A stretch of DNA of 64,000 nt from the human T2T-CHM13v2.0 reference genome, Homo sapiens. Under the pieces are notes generated by a model, which ran no database searches, had not been told where the DNA came from, and was given only the letters and a program-made list of their open reading frames with translations. Each line of letters begins with the position of its first letter. Position 1 is the stretch's first letter. Where the stretch lies: the NCBI RefSeq assembly GCF_009914755.1, contig NC_060947.1; one strand, given 5' to 3'. Shown here piece after piece: positions 17,773 to 52,993 of this stretch. The position numbers and the translations under genes were made by a program.

Positions 17773-18559
17773 GCCTAGTCCAAGGGTTCTCAAACTTTGG
17801 GTCTCGGGATTCCTTTATGTTCTTAAAAGTTTAAGATATTCAAAAGAGTTTTTGCTTATGTCATATAGCCTCTGGATTCAGAAGCCTCTGGATAATCACA
17901 CTGTACACCCCTGAGAGAATGAGAGTGAAAAAGTATTGTGAAAATAGTTTTCATTTTGTGAAACCCCAAGAGGATTTTTGGACCGGTAGACAGGCTGGGA
18001 CCACTGGGACCACACGGTTGGAGAATGTTTGGCCTGGTGTTTAAGGTCACAGCTCTGAAACCAGATTTCTCAAGTCTAAACTGCAGCTCCACCACTAATT
18101 AGCTGAGGGACGTTTCTGGTACTCAGCGTCCCCATTGTTACCCATGGGTGACAAGGACAGTACCTGCTGCCTGAGGCTACTATTTTAGTCCAATAAAGCA
18201 CTTAAACTGGGCGGACAGCTAGTTTAGTTATGATTGCTATGACTCCAACAAACATAGGGCCTGGGGCTAACTTGTCTTCAACACCTTGTCTAGTGAATAA
18301 ATCTAGTTCAGGAAGAGAAACAACAGCCCGCAGGCCTCGGTGGGTCTCTGGAGGTGGAAACCTCTTTTGCATTGGGTTTTGATGGTACAATGAAGGGCAT
18401 TCTGATCAGGCTAACAAAAACACTGCTCCCAGGGTAGGAGTCCTAGCCCACCTCGGGAACCTCAGCCTCCACTTTCCATGCCACCTGTGCCCTAAGTCTA
18501 CAGGGCGTTAGGACCCCACAAGGCACTTTTGTCTTTCTTGGTTCCCACTGAAGATTTTA

Positions 18560-33556
<14,997 letters not shown>

Positions 33557-33930
33557 GAGCCCTGGGTCCTGCCACAGAAAAAAAAAAAAAAAAGCCCTCT
33601 CTGCAATCTCGCTTCTCGTGTCCGCCCCGCTTCTCTTATTCGTGTTAGGTGCCCCCGCCAGGCATTGCAGGCTTAGTCGTGGCTACTGTTCTCCTGTGCC
33701 GCTGCATCGCTCTCTCCCGGGAAAGAACAGGTCGTGTCTCCTCCTAGCAGTGCGCGCCCCGCCTGTGTTTGCCCTTCCAGCAGTGACCCTCCCTTCTAGT
33801 CTTTATTTATGGTCGTGCCCTTCCCTCTCCTCAGCCCAGAGTGTTCTGCGTGGGTGGTGATGGGGGTTCACCTGAACACAGAGTGTATTTTCTTATTGAG
33901 GCCCTGTACCTTCTGCTGTGTGTGTGTATA

Positions 33931-33936
33931 TATAAA
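33931..33936 (+). terminator. USP11: Probable USP11 variant poly(A) signal
   Basis: TATAAA preceded by TGTA elements and followed by a GT/T-rich tract; no AATAAA seen nearby. Confidence 0.5.
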
Positions 33937-35180
33937 GCACCAGTCTGCTCCCCACTCAGCAGTGTGGTTTTTTCCTCCATGGACTTAACTAAGCACCAGT
34001 TTTGTGCCTGTGTTCTGTGTTCTTATCAAAGGCCAGATGTGTGATGGGTGCAGCTCTGAGTGGTTAGTGAGCACCAGCTGTGGGCTGGGTACTGCTGTTC
34101 TAAGTGCTTTGAAAGCACCCTCTGTGTGCCAGGCACGATTCCAAGCACCAATGGCATGCCCAGTTTTTTCCAAAATATTTTCCAAATATTGATACGTAAT
34201 CCTCACAACAATCTCATGCAAGAGTTGTCATCTCCAGTTTCGGATGGGGATACTGAGGTACAGAGGTCACAGAATTGCTCAGGGCTTGTCAGGAGGTCAG
34301 TATACCTCATGTGCTACCCGAGTCGGTCCCTGGAGTGGGTGCTTGGCTTGTCTGGACCCAGGACTGCTACTCAATCTGCAGACATGAGCTGCCCTACAGG
34401 CAATGTGGAAATGGAGCACGTGGGACGGATGCATCCATGTGGGCAAATTTGTGGTTTGGGGACATAAAAATACTCCTCTCAGGCCAGGTGCCACCTGTTA
34501 TCTCAACACTTTGGGAGGCCAAGGCAGGAGGATCACTTGGGCCCTGGATGTTGAGGTTGCAGTGATCTATGATCGTGCCACTGCACTCCAGTCTGGGCCA
34601 CAGAGCAAGACCCCATCTCAAAAAAAGGATGCTATTCCCCAGACCACCTCACAGACCCCCAGTAGTGTCCTCTGAGAAGATTTTGTCCCCCTGAGACCTC
34701 CTTTGGAGATGGTACATGCATTTGGCAGACCAGCCAACCTGCCAGGACAAATGTGCTGTCTGTGTGTGGCCCCTGTAGTCAGCCCCCTCTCCCATCATGA
34801 CCCCAGCTCCCACACCAGGCAGGTTCCCTCCAACCTCACCCCAGACGACACTGAACACCTGCCGCAGGAATTTGGACATAAATAAGCCATCCAACCCTTC
34901 ACACTGATGGGTGAGGGGAATCCTGATCGGTGGCAGCTGAGAGGCCATTCTCATGGCCAGGGCCTCAACACTCCCCCCAGCCTTCTGCCTTTGCACTGGG
35001 TCTGGGCAGACCCACTGTGAGGGTCACTCAGCCCCAGCATCGCCACCCGCAAACCTCCCAGTCACTCTGCTGACACAGGCAGAAGTCAAGGCAGTTGCTG
35101 TGAGGAGCCCAGCTCAAACTGACTTAGCAAAAGTAAGAACAGAAATACTAGTTTCAGGTATGACTGGATCCAGGAACTCA

Positions 35181-36106
<926 letters not shown>

Positions 36107-36220
36107 TAGCCAGGATGGTCTCGATCTCCTGACCTCGTGATCCGCCCACCTGGGCCTCCCAAAGTGCTGGGATTACAGGCGTGAGCCACCGCGCTCGGCC
36201 TGCTGTAAACTTTTGACCAT

Positions 36221-36613
36221 TGTATTTGTCTGTTCTCGCACTGCTGTAAAGAAATACCTGAGACTGGGTAATTTATAAAGAAATACCCGAGACTGGGTAA
36301 TTTATAAAAAAGGCTCATGGTTCTGCAGGCTGTACAGGAAGTATGGCTGAGAGGTCTTAGGAAACTTACAATCACAGTGGAAGGTGAAGGGGAAGCAGGC
36401 ACGTCTTACCTGCCCTGAAGCAGGAGGAAGAGAGTGAAGTGGGGAGGTGCCACACACTTTTAAACAACCAGATGTCATGAGAACTCACTATGGTGAGAAG
36501 AGCAAGGGAGAAATCTGCCCCCATGATCCAGTCACCTACCAGGCCACTTCTCCAACAATGGGGATTGCAATTTATATGAGAGTTGAGCGGGGACACAAGT
36601 CCAAACCATATCA
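36221..36613. mobile_element. MST/THE1-type MaLR solo LTR
   Basis: TGTATT...AAAGAAATACCTGAGACTGGGTAATTTATAAAG...CCAAACCATATCA; internal 29-bp tandem duplication at 36247-36304. Confidence 0.85.
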
Positions 36614-36728
36614 ACTATTTTCCAGCACTCTGACACAGTTAGCTCTAACAATTCTGTTTGCTTTTTGATGTTTCTGTTAAGGAGCCAGAGCCTGGAGCTT
36701 CCTAGTCTTCCATTTTGGTGACATCACT

Positions 36729-37338
<610 letters not shown>

Positions 37339-37623
37339 CTGACATCACTCCTCTTCTGTGTTATGGGTTTTTTTTTTTTTTCCACACACAACATGGATTT
37401 TTATCTTTTCTTTTTCTTTTCTTTTCTTTTTTTTGGGGGGGTGGTATAGGATCTCACTATGTTGCCCAGCCTGGTCTCAAACTCCTGGGCTCAAGGGATC
37501 TTCCCTGCCTTAGCCTCTCAAGTGGCTGGAATTATAGGCCTGAGCCACTCCACTATGCCTAGCCCGCTTTATCTTTTCTTGGCTTATCAACTATAACTCT
37601 TAGATTTTTGGTTTGGGTTTCTT

Positions 37624-38261
37624 TTTTTTAAAAAAAATTATTATTATTATACTTTAAGTTTTAGGGTACATGTGCACAATGTGCAGGTTAGTTACATATG
37701 TATACATGTGACATGCTGGTGCGCTGCACCCATTAACTCGTCATTTAGCATTAGGTATATCTCCCAATGCTATCCCTCCCCCCTCCCCCCACCCCACAAC
37801 AGTCCCCAGAGTGTGATGTTCCCCTTCCTGTGTCCATGTGTTCTCATTGTTCAAGTCCCACCTATGAGTGAGAATATGTGGTGTTTGGTTTTTCGTTCTT
37901 GCGATAGTTTGCTGAGAATGATGGTTTCCAGCTTCATCCATGTCCCTACAAAGGACATGAACTCATCATTTTTTATGGCTGCATAGTATTCCATGGTGTA
38001 TATGTGCCACATTTTCTTAATCCAGTCTATCATTGTTGGACATTTGGATTGGTTCCAAGTCTTTGCTATTGTGAATAGTGCCGCAGTAAACATACGTGTG
38101 CATGTGTCTTTATAGCAGCATGTTTTATAGTCATTTGGGTATATACCCAATAATGGGATGGCTGGGTCAAATGGTATTTCTAGTTCTAAATCCCTCAGGA
38201 ATCGCCACACTGACTTCCACAATGGTTGAACTAGTTTACAGTCCTGCCAACAGTGTAAAAG
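37624..38261 (-). mobile_element. 5'-truncated primate L1PA 3' end
   Basis: TTATTATACTTTAAGTTTTAGGGTACATGTGCACAA...; the - strand encodes the ORF2 C-terminus (PFDPAIPLLGIYP...KKMWHIYTMEYYAAIKNDEFMSF); TSD TTGGGTTTCTT at 37613 and 38262. Confidence 0.95.
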
Positions 38262-38285
38262 TTGGGTTTCTTGTTTAATTTTTAG

Positions 38286-38507
<222 letters not shown>

Positions 38508-39143
38508 TGAGCCTCCTGCCTCAGCTTCCCCAAGTGCTGGGGTTGCAGGCATGGGCCACCACGCCCAGCCAACTGTTGGTTTTATTTTAGCGATTGCTTT
38601 AGGGTTTATATTATTCACCTCTAACTTATCATAGTCTACCTTCAAGTGATATATACCACTTTGCATACAGTATAAGATGTTTAGTGTACTTCCATTTCTT
38701 CTTGCTCAGCCTTTATGCTGTTGTATCATGCATTTTACTTTTATGTATGTTATAAACCCCAAAATACACTGTTATTTTTATTGAAACAGTCCATTTTCTT
38801 TTTTCTTTTCTTTTTCTTTTTATTGTGAGACAGGGTCTCACTCTGTTGTCCAGGCTGGAGTGCAGTGGCAAAATCATAGCTCACTGCAGCCTTGAACTCC
38901 TGGGCTCAAGCACTCTTTCCACCTCGGCCTCCCAAAGCACTGGGATTCTGTACACATGAAATACAATTTTTTGGCCAGGCGCGGTGGCTCACACCTGTAA
39001 TCCCAGCACTTTGGGAGGCTGAGGTGGGTGGATCACCTGAGGTTGGGAGTTTGAGACCAGCCTGACCAACATGGAGAAACCCCATCTCTACTAAAAATAC
39101 AAAATTAGCCAGGCTTGGTGGCACATACCTGTAATCTCAGCTA

Positions 39144-39353
<210 letters not shown>

Positions 39354-39420
39354 TTAAAGATATTTTCATGAGTATAGAATTTTAGGTTGACAGTTTTTAA
39401 AAAATTTTTTATTACTTTGA

Positions 39421-39831
<411 letters not shown>

Positions 39832-40261
39832 TAAGATTTTCTCTTTAGCGCTGGTTTTGAGCAATTCCGTTATGGTATACCTTGGTGTAATTTTCTTCAT
39901 GTGTTTGAGGTCGTTTGAGCCTTCTGGATATGTAGGTTTCTGGTGTTCATCAAATTTGGAAAAATTTTGTCCAGTATTTCTTCAAAAACAATTTTTTTTT
40001 CTGAAGTTCTCCTCTATTTTCCTTCATGGATACAAATTACTCATAAATTAGACTGCTTGAAGTCCCGTGGCTCATTGATGCTCTTTTGAATTTTTGGAGT
40101 TTTTTTTCTCTGTGTGTTTTGTTTTCAATTGCTTTTATTGCTATGCTTTCAAGTTAACTAATATTTCCTTCTGCAATGTCTAATGTGCTATTAATTCCAT
40201 TCAATGTATTTTTTATATCCTCAATGTCTCTATTTAACTTTTTTAACATATGGCATACTCT

Positions 40262-41068
40262 GAATTGTTTTTCCTCAGAACACTTCTGACACCAAATGTG
40301 TGGGTTTTTTCCATACCAACAACCAGTTCGCCAACTCTCCAGATGCCAACTGGGTGTCCAACAATTCAATTCAATTCTAACACTAACTACCTGGCATTGG
40401 TGTCAGACCCCACAAGTTAAGGGCTTGGTCCCACATAACTGCCTCCACTTGAGACACCAATTGAAAACCCTAGGCCTCCCATACTTCTGATTGATCGGCT
40501 GTAAATCAGGGGTTCCCACAACCCCTTCCTCGGGTTGGATAATTTGTTAGAATGGCTCACAGAACTCAAGAAGGCACATTATTTACTATGACTGGTTTAT
40601 TATAAAGGATACGACTCAGGGACAGCTAAATGGAAGAGATGTATAGGACTAGATATGGAAGGGGCACCCTCCCAGCATGTTGATGTGTTTACCAACCCAG
40701 AAACCCTCCAAACCCTTCATTCAGGGGTTTTTATGGACTTTCCATCATGTAGGCATGATTGATGAAGCCATTGGCTGGAGATGGATGATTACCTCAATCT
40801 CCAGACCCTCTCCCCTCCCCAGAGGCCCAGGGTGGGGCTGGCAAACAGCCCTTATTTGAAGCTATCTAGGGGCCCTCCAAGAGTCACCTCATTAGCATAA
40901 ACTCAGGGATGATCATAAACTCAGGGATGATTGAAAGAGGCATGTTATGAACAACAAGATGATCCTCTCACCTCGCCATTCAGGAAATTGTAAGAGTTTT
41001 AAGAGCTCTGTGCCAGGAACCAGGAACAAAGACCAAATATATACTTACTCTTATATCACAATATCACA
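40262..41068. mobile_element. MER21-like ERV LTR inserted into old L1 sequence
   Basis: CACTTCTGACACCAAATGTGTGGG...AATTCAATTCTAACACTAACTACCTGG...TATCACAATATCACA; 18-bp tandem duplication at ~40897-40932. Confidence 0.75.
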
Positions 41069-41324
41069 CATAAAGTTATAATAATAATTGTATTAATGTC
41101 CTTCACTGCTAATTCTAACATCCTTGTTGGTTCTGAGTCTGTTTTGATTGATTATTCTCCTCATTATGGGTCCTTTTTCCCTTCAAAGGCATTCCTGGTA
41201 ATCTTTGGTTGGATCTCAGACATTGTGCATTTTACCTTATGGTTGCTGGATATTTTGTATTCCTATAAGTATCCTGGAGCTTTTGTTCTGGGATGCATTT
41301 CATTGTTTCTTTCTTTCTTTCTTT

Positions 41325-42156
<832 letters not shown>

Positions 42157-42189
42157 TAAATTTTAGGATTGTTTTTTCTATTTCTGTGA

Positions 42190-42453
<264 letters not shown>

Positions 42454-43803
42454 TGATCCACCCGACTCGGCCTCCCAAAGTGCTAGGATCACAGACGTGA
42501 GCCACTGCGCCCGGCTGGTATTTTTTGTTTTTTGAGACAGAGTCTCACTCTGTTGCCCAGGCTGGGGTGCAGTGGCATGATCATGGCTTACTGCAGCCTT
42601 GATCTCCTGGGCTGAAGGGTTCTTCCCACCACAGCCTCCCAAGTATCTGGGACCACAGGTGTGCACCACCACACCTGGCTATTTTTTAAAAATATTTTTT
42701 GTAGAAACAAAGTCTTACTGTATTGCCCCGGCCAGTCTCAAACTCCTGAGCTGAAGAGATCATCCCACCTCAGCCTCCCAAAGTGCTGGGATTACAGGTG
42801 TGAGCCACCACGCCCAGTCAAATTCTTTCTTCTGAGGAGGCAAGAATTGAGGTTGCTGTAGACCTGGACAGATTTGCCACTGCTAACAGGCTCACATCAT
42901 TTGTTTCCACTGTCCTCCATTTTCTGATGTTATTGTTTTGAAAGCTGTCATTGCATGTATTTTGTGTAAATCTATTGTTTGAAGCAGGTAGTAAGTCTTG
43001 TCCCTGTTACTCCATCTTGACCAGAAGCAGAAGTGCTTTCCCACAACTTTTACAAATGTACTTTGCTCTTCTTCTTTTTCATTTCTTGAGATAGAGGCTT
43101 ACTTAGCTCAGTACTTATTCAAACTTTTTGCCTTGATATGTTTCTAATCATAGATACTAAAAGACAGCAAAAACTCCATATACATATATTTATTACTTTT
43201 AACACTGTTGGATTTTTATAATTCTTTATATCCAAAAAATGTAATCCATTTTGTGAAATGCTTACAGTCTTTTTTGTGTGTGCCATCACAGCTCTCATCA
43301 TTAAAAATGTTTCCTTAGCAACCGGACAAAAATTGATATCAACATGGGTACCTATATGATTTTAAAGTTTTTCTTACTGCACCTTTTAAAAGTTGCACAT
43401 TCTGGCCGGGCGCGGTGGCTCACGCCTGTAATCCGAGCACTTTGGGAGGCTGAGGTGGGCGGATCGGTTAAGGTCAGGAGTTTGAGACCAGCCTGGCCAG
43501 CATGGTGAAACCCCATCTCTACTGAAAATACAAAAATTAGCTGGGCGTGGTGGCGTGCTCCCGTAATCCCAGCTATTCAGGAGGCTGAGGCAGGAGAATC
43601 GCTTCAACCTGGGTGGCAGAAGTTGCTGTGAGCTGAGATTGCACCACTGCACTTCATCCAGCCTGGGCAACAAAGTGAGACTCCATCTCAAAAAAATAAA
43701 AAAATAAAAGGCTGGGCGCAGTGGCTCACACCTGTAATCCTAGCACTTTGGGAGCCTGAGGCGGGCAGATCACGAGGTCAGGAGTTCGAGACCAGCCTGG
43801 TCA

Positions 43804-44013
<210 letters not shown>

Positions 44014-44704
44014 TCAGTGTAATAAGGAGATAGGACAGAGAGAAATACAGAAATTAAAAAGAGAAGAAGGCAGATGAAAACAAGGAGAAGGAGGAATAGA
44101 AAAGTAGGGAAAATGAGTAGCACATGGACGACCTTTACAGAAATGGCGTGTAATCCCTCACCATTTCTGAATCTTTAGTTAAAGTTTCCATAGAATGCAA
44201 TGCATAGCTGATCATGGTCCACATGCATTTGCCACCCACCCCACTGATCTGATCACTACCTGTGTTAGCTACTCTATAAAATGGTAAAAACAATATGTAA
44301 CAACACCATAGAAGAAAACTTAAGTATGAATATAGCTTTTTGGTATTGTTAAAAATGAACAGTGTCTGAAACCAGGGTTCCAAGGGACCACCCAGTTTTT
44401 TCCCATTGTCATAGACAATCTATGTCCTAACTTCTGAGCAGCTCTAGAATCTTGTTTCTTTTCATCCTAGAACCCAACAACATTTTGGTGTTGGTTTGCT
44501 ATAGCACTACCCTGGCTGAGGGTATTTTCTGCTTCTTTCTTTCCCAGGCAGTAGGCTTCTCTGTGCCTAGCTGGTAATGGGGCAGAGGTGGAGAGGACTC
44601 TTCTCTTTCCAAAAGGAAATTGTTCTGAAGGCAGCAGATTTTGTGTCCTCTTGGTAACACTACTGCCTCTTCCCAAACTCCTGTCCTTGTCTCCAGCTTT
44701 AAAC

Positions 44705-44822
44705 TCATCTCTTTTCTTTTCTTTTTTCTTTTCTTTTCTTTCTTCTTCCTCTTTCTTTCTTTCTTTGTTTTTCGCTCTCTCTCTTTCCTTCCTTCCTTCC
44801 TTCTTTTCTTTTCTTTTTTTTT
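44705..44822. repeat. CT-rich simple repeat (expanded Alu tail)
   Basis: (CTTTT)n/(CTTT)n/(CCTT)n tract adjoining a reverse Alu. Confidence 0.85.
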
Positions 44823-45108
44823 TATGAGACAGTGTCTCGCTCTGTTGTCCAGATTGGAGTTCAGTGGCACGATCACAGCTCACTGCAACCTCTGCCTCCC
44901 AGGATCAGGTGATCCTCACATCTCAGCCTCCCAAGTAGCTGGGACTACGAGCGTGTGGCACCATGCCAGGCTAATTTTTATATTTTTTGTAGAGACAGGG
45001 TCTCGCCATGTTGCCCAGGCTGGTCTGGAATTCCTGGGCTCAAGCTATCCTCCCACCTTGGTCTCCCAAAATGCTGAGATTACAAGCATAAGCTACAAAA
45101 ATACTTTA

Positions 45109-45489
<381 letters not shown>

Positions 45490-45563
45490 TTACAAAGGGC
45501 GGCCAGACACAGTGACTCATGCCTATAATCCCAGCACTTTGGGAGGCTGAGGTGGGCAGATCA

Positions 45564-45801
<238 letters not shown>

Positions 45802-46286
45802 TCAGGTAGATTCTCGTTTGTCCTCTGTGATAATGCTCTGGGATGTGGAGCAGCCGCTTGGGAGGTTGGGCATCTCGCCCAAGGTCATGTAGCACGTAAG
45901 GGGTATCTTTAGCTAGGTCTTCTCTCCAGAGCCACACCCTTTCTACTGTGTTGCTTCTAACATGTACCTAAAAGCAATTTTATTTGCTTACAGTAAAAGA
46001 AACTACTTTTCAGTCCTCCTAACGAATATGATTATATGTAAGCTTAAAAAAAAAAGGAAATGTGAGCCAGACATGATGGCTCATGCCTGTAATCCCAGCA
46101 CTTTGGGAGGGGCAGGTGGATCCCTTGAGCCCAGGAGTTGGAGACCAGCCTGGGCACATAGTGAGACCTCATCTTTACAAAAAAAAAAAAATTACCAGGT
46201 GTGGTGGGGTGCATCTATAGTCCCAGCTATTTGGGAGGCTGAGCCAGGAGGATTGCTTGAGCCCAGGAGGTTCTAAGCTGCCATAA

Positions 46287-47036
<750 letters not shown>

Positions 47037-47051
47037 TTAGTTATTCTAGAT

Positions 47052-47524
47052 CAGCAGTCCCCAACTTTTTTTGGCACAAGGGACCGGTTTCATGGAAGAT
47101 GATTTTTCCATAGACCAGGGGTTGGAGGGGGATGGTTTCAGGATGATTCAAGCCATTACATTATTGTGCACTTTATTTCCATTATTATTATTACATTGTC
47201 ATACACAATGAAATAATTATACAACTCACTATAATGTAGAATCAGTGGGAGCCCTGAGCCTATTTTCCTGCAACTAGGCAGTCCCATCTGGGGCTGATGG
47301 GAGACAGTGACAGATCATCAGGTATTAGATTCTCATAAGGAGAACCTGCATAGTTAACAATAGGGTCTGAATTCCTATGATAATCTACCGCCACCACTGC
47401 TCTGATGGGAGGCGAAGCTCAGGCGGTAATGCTGGCTCACCCACTGCTCACCTCCTGCTGTGTGGCTGGTTCCTAACAGGCCATGGACTGGTATGGACCC
47501 ACGGACCAGGGATGGGGACCCCTG
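47052..47524. mobile_element. MER1 (hAT-Charlie) element
   Basis: Terminal inverted repeats CAGCAGTCCCCAAC...GGGGACCCCTG; 8-bp TSD TTCTAGAT/CTCTAGAT. Confidence 0.85.
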
Positions 47525-48064
47525 CTCTAGATCATCTTATTCTTTAGCTTTACTTCTTTCTACCCTGCCATGGTGGGATTAATGACATCTTAGCTTGTGA
47601 AGGGCATTCCATCACAGGATGGGCAAGGCAGCAGATGTTGCGAATTTGCTGGGATTGCTACTTTATTTGTGGCTCTGGCATGAGGTTTGAAAGCAACCAG
47701 TAACTGACTTTCTCTAGGATTTTTGTTTTCAAATTTCAGCTATTTGCAGTATCTCTTTGTCTTAATCCGGAATCCAAAAACTGGAGGTTTGTTATTCTGT
47801 TGCTGGAACAAAGAGAGAACATCACCTGCTTTGACTGGTACAATGTATTTCATCTATGTCTCCATTCCTACCTCCCATAACCACCAAGGTCACAGGACTG
47901 CCTCCCCATTTTTACAGGACATAGAAACACCAAAAGCCTCAGATTGTGCTGTTGTGGAAATAGCCAGAGTTCAGGTGAACGCTGACAAGAAAAGAAGCTA
48001 AAAAAGATTATTTTTTGTATTTGGAGAATGAAGAGAGTTTGTAACAATCATATTCCAAAGCTTA

Positions 48065-48469
<405 letters not shown>

Positions 48470-48961
48470 CTACTTTGATGGGATTTACTGAATTAAATAG
48501 ATAACAAGGAAATGTATCCAGTGCATGTGTTACTTGTCGTTGACTACATCTGAAGCCCTAATGTCAGCAAAGGGGTCTGAGCATGCAAGGAGAGAGTGCA
48601 CTGAATCCACAGCTGCTGTGTTCTCCAGGGAGGTTTTTTTGTTTTTTTTTGTTTTGTTTTGTTTTGTTTTTTTTGAGACAGAGTCTCTCACTCCGTTATC
48701 CAGGCACAATCACGGTTGCAGGCTTGACCAGCCAGGCTCAAGCAATCGCCCCCACCTCAGCCTCCTGAGTACCTAGGACTACAGGTGTGCACCACCACAT
48801 CTGGGTAGTTTTTTATTTTTGTAGAGACAGGGTCTCCTTCTGTTGCTCAAGCTGGTCTCGAACTCCTGGGCTCAAGCAATCCTCCTGCCTCAGCCTCCCA
48901 AAGTGCTGTGATTACAGGTGTGAGCCACTGCACCTTGCTCCAGAGAATTTTTTTTTTTTGA

Positions 48962-49129
<168 letters not shown>

Positions 49130-49310
49130 TAGTAGAGACAGGGTTTCAACATGTTGGCCAGGCTGGTCTTGAACTCCTGACCTCGGGTGATCTGCCTGCC
49201 TCGGCCTCCCAAAGTGCTGGGATTACAGGTATAAGCCACTGCACCTTGCTCCAGAGAGCTTTTTGAGGGAAGAAGAGACATCTTTAATTTCTTCTTCTTC
49301 TTTTTTTTGA

Positions 49311-49595
<285 letters not shown>

Positions 49596-50697
49596 TAATT
49601 TCTTATTGGACTGCTGTGATGTTTCTCATTTCTCTCCCTTCTAAGCATTCCATCTGCTCCCTTCCCCCACTTTTCCTCCAACAGTCTCCTGAGTAGGATT
49701 TATGGAAAATATGTTTGCGTCTTTCTAAGTTAGAATTTTATGAGTATTCCCAAGAAATCAGGAGTTATGTGTCTATTTTGGAAGCACAATTTTAAAAACT
49801 ACAGCATTCACTTAACACTTTCACTGAAAGTATAGCTTCAAAAAGTGATATTTGCACTCTTAAAACATTTAGATGAGTGAATTAGACATAAAGGAACAAT
49901 TCACATCCCAGAGCTCCGTAATGTCCTGAAAAAGGTGCTTTATATGTCATAGACATCATTCTCAAATGTCACCGAGTCTTTCCTTGGTCTGAAGGTCGCA
50001 TTTCCCTGGTGTCTCTTCCATGCCGTCTTGCTCTCAGGTAAAGGAGCATACTTGGGTTCCGGTCAGAGCCCTCCTCCTAACCTCCATTTCTGGCCTTGAT
50101 CTCATTCTCTACAGCTGTAAAAGTAATAAATTGAATGATCCTATGAACAGAGAGCTCCTGTAGCTCTGAGTTTTCATGGTTCCAAGAGCACAAATGAAAT
50201 CACAGCATAACCTAAATTTTATAGGAACGTGACACTCACTTGACTGTATCTAGCCTGTGTGTGTGTTTTAGTATTCTGGGAAGACAAGAATTGCAGTGAA
50301 TGTGCTTCCAAGCAACGATAAACAATAAAACTGGGCGCAATATGGCTGACCATCTCTATGGCAACCTCTGTTGACCCTGTGTATGCATGTTTTACTCATT
50401 TTGGTGAATCACATTTTAAAATATAAATGATCTTATGTTGATGATCATGATTTTGTGACCATCAATTATTTGTGGCTGTGATAATTCCGCTATTGTTTCT
50501 GCTCTGGAATCAGAAAAGCTGTGGAGGAGGTTGGGGGAGGACACACCGGGAGAGAGATGACTCATTTTAACCTTTTCTGGAACAAACAAGTGATTACTTC
50601 AGAAAAAGATGACTTCAGTATGTACTTCCTCCCACCACCCCCATGAGCTGTTCATGGTGATGTAGACATGCCTGTCTGCGTTGACCCTGTCCTTTAA

Positions 50698-50889
<192 letters not shown>

Positions 50890-51810
50890 TAAATTTTTTG
50901 TAGAGATATGGTCTCACTACTTTGCGCGGGCTGGTCTTGAACCCCTGGGCTCAAACAATCTTCCACCTCCACCTCCCAAAGTGCTAGGGTTACAGGCTTG
51001 AGCCACTGTGCCCGGCCAGCTTCCGTCTTTTTCTTTCTTTCCTTCTTTCTTTTTTTTTTTTTTTTTTTTTTGAGACAGAGTCTCTCTCTGTTGCCAGGGC
51101 CGGAGTGCAGTGGTGCAATCTCGGCTAACTACAACCCCCGCCTCCCGGGTTCAAGCAATTCTCCTGCCTCAGCCTCCTGAGTAGCTGGGACTACAGGTAC
51201 CCTGCCACCATGCCAGGATAATTTTGTTTTTTGTTTTTGTTTTGGGTTTTTTTTTTTTTTTTTTGAGATAGAGTCTTGCTCTGTCACCCAGGCTGGAGTA
51301 CAGTGGCACAATCTTGGCTCACTGCAACCTCGCCTCTCGGGTTCAAGAGATTCTTCTGCCTCAACCTCCCGAGTAGCTGGGAATACAGGAACCCGCCACC
51401 ATGCCAGGCTAATTTTTGTATTTTTAGTAAAGACAGGGTTTCATCATGTTGGCTAGGCTGGTCTTGAACTCCTGACCTCAGGTGATCTGTCCACCTTGGC
51501 CTCCCAAAGTGCTGGGATTACAGGCATGAGCCACTGCACCCAGCCAATTTTTGTATTTTTAATAGAGGCAGGGTTTCACCACATTGGCCAGGCTAGTCTC
51601 AAACTCCTGACGACAGGTGATCCACCCCTCTCAGCTTCCCAAAGTGCTGGGATTATAGATGTGAGCCACCACACCCAGCTCAGCTTCTTTATTTAAATGA
51701 GTCTGGAGGAAATTTTTTGGTGAGACACTGGGTTGTACTATGCTCGTTGGGGACAACTCTTTGAGGGCCTCAATTGCTAACATCTCATGATGGGAGTTTA
51801 AGAACTGCTA

Positions 51811-52047
<237 letters not shown>

Positions 52048-52050
52048 TTA

Positions 52051-52230
<180 letters not shown>

Positions 52231-52623
52231 TTAGAAATGCATCAGTGCTCCCTGGGGAAGGGGCCAGTTTCACCAGCTCCTGCCCCATGAGCTGTGAAAA
52301 TGCACATTCTAAGAAGGAGCCAGGCAGGGCCTGAGTCCCTCTGTGACCCATGGGCCATGATAAAGGTGTTGGAACAATCGTGCCAATATGGCCACAGGAA
52401 GCACGATTGTTCTCTCCTTGCGCATTGCAAGGGCTGGAGGTTGAAGGTGTGACCTGTGCTGTTGTCCCAGGAGCCGGGGCTTTCTCAGAAGCCCTTTTCT
52501 TGTGATGCCCAAACAACCACGCAGAAAATGCTAATTGATTACTCACCAAAACGACTGTGAAAAAATGATGCTTTGAGCTTCAAAGCCCCATCACAGCTTT
52601 TATCTAACCAAGAAACCCTAGGC

Positions 52624-52839
52624 CAAGCTTGTGCACAAGCTGGGCCACATGTGGCCCAGGACGGCTTTGAATGAGGCCCAACACAAATTCCTACACTTCC
52701 TTAAAACATTACAAGATGCTTTTGCCATTTATTTTTTAGCTCATCAGCTATCATTAGTGTTAGCGTATTTTATGTGTGGCCCAAGACAATTCTTCTTCTT
52801 CCAGTGTGGCCCAGAGAGGCCAAAAGATTGGAAACCCTG
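52624..52839 (-). mobile_element. MER30 (hAT-Charlie) element
   Basis: GCTCATCAGCTATCATTAGTGTTAG...TGTGGCCCAAGACAATTCTTCTTCTTCCA...GCCAAAAGATTGGA. Confidence 0.8.
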
Positions 52840-52993
52840 CCTGGGCTTTTCCGATTTAGCCCTCCCACATTTCCCAGAGCAGGACAGTCCCTCACACCAG
52901 TCTCAAAGGCCAGCAGGGCTTTTCCTCACAGACTGAGAGCTATGGTCGCTAAAGTGATCAGAAGTGATGATAACATAATCAAGACTCTTCCTT

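Noticed and set aside
44467-44883. Lys/Glu/Arg-rich ORFs
   Set aside because: Produced by a CT-rich simple repeat
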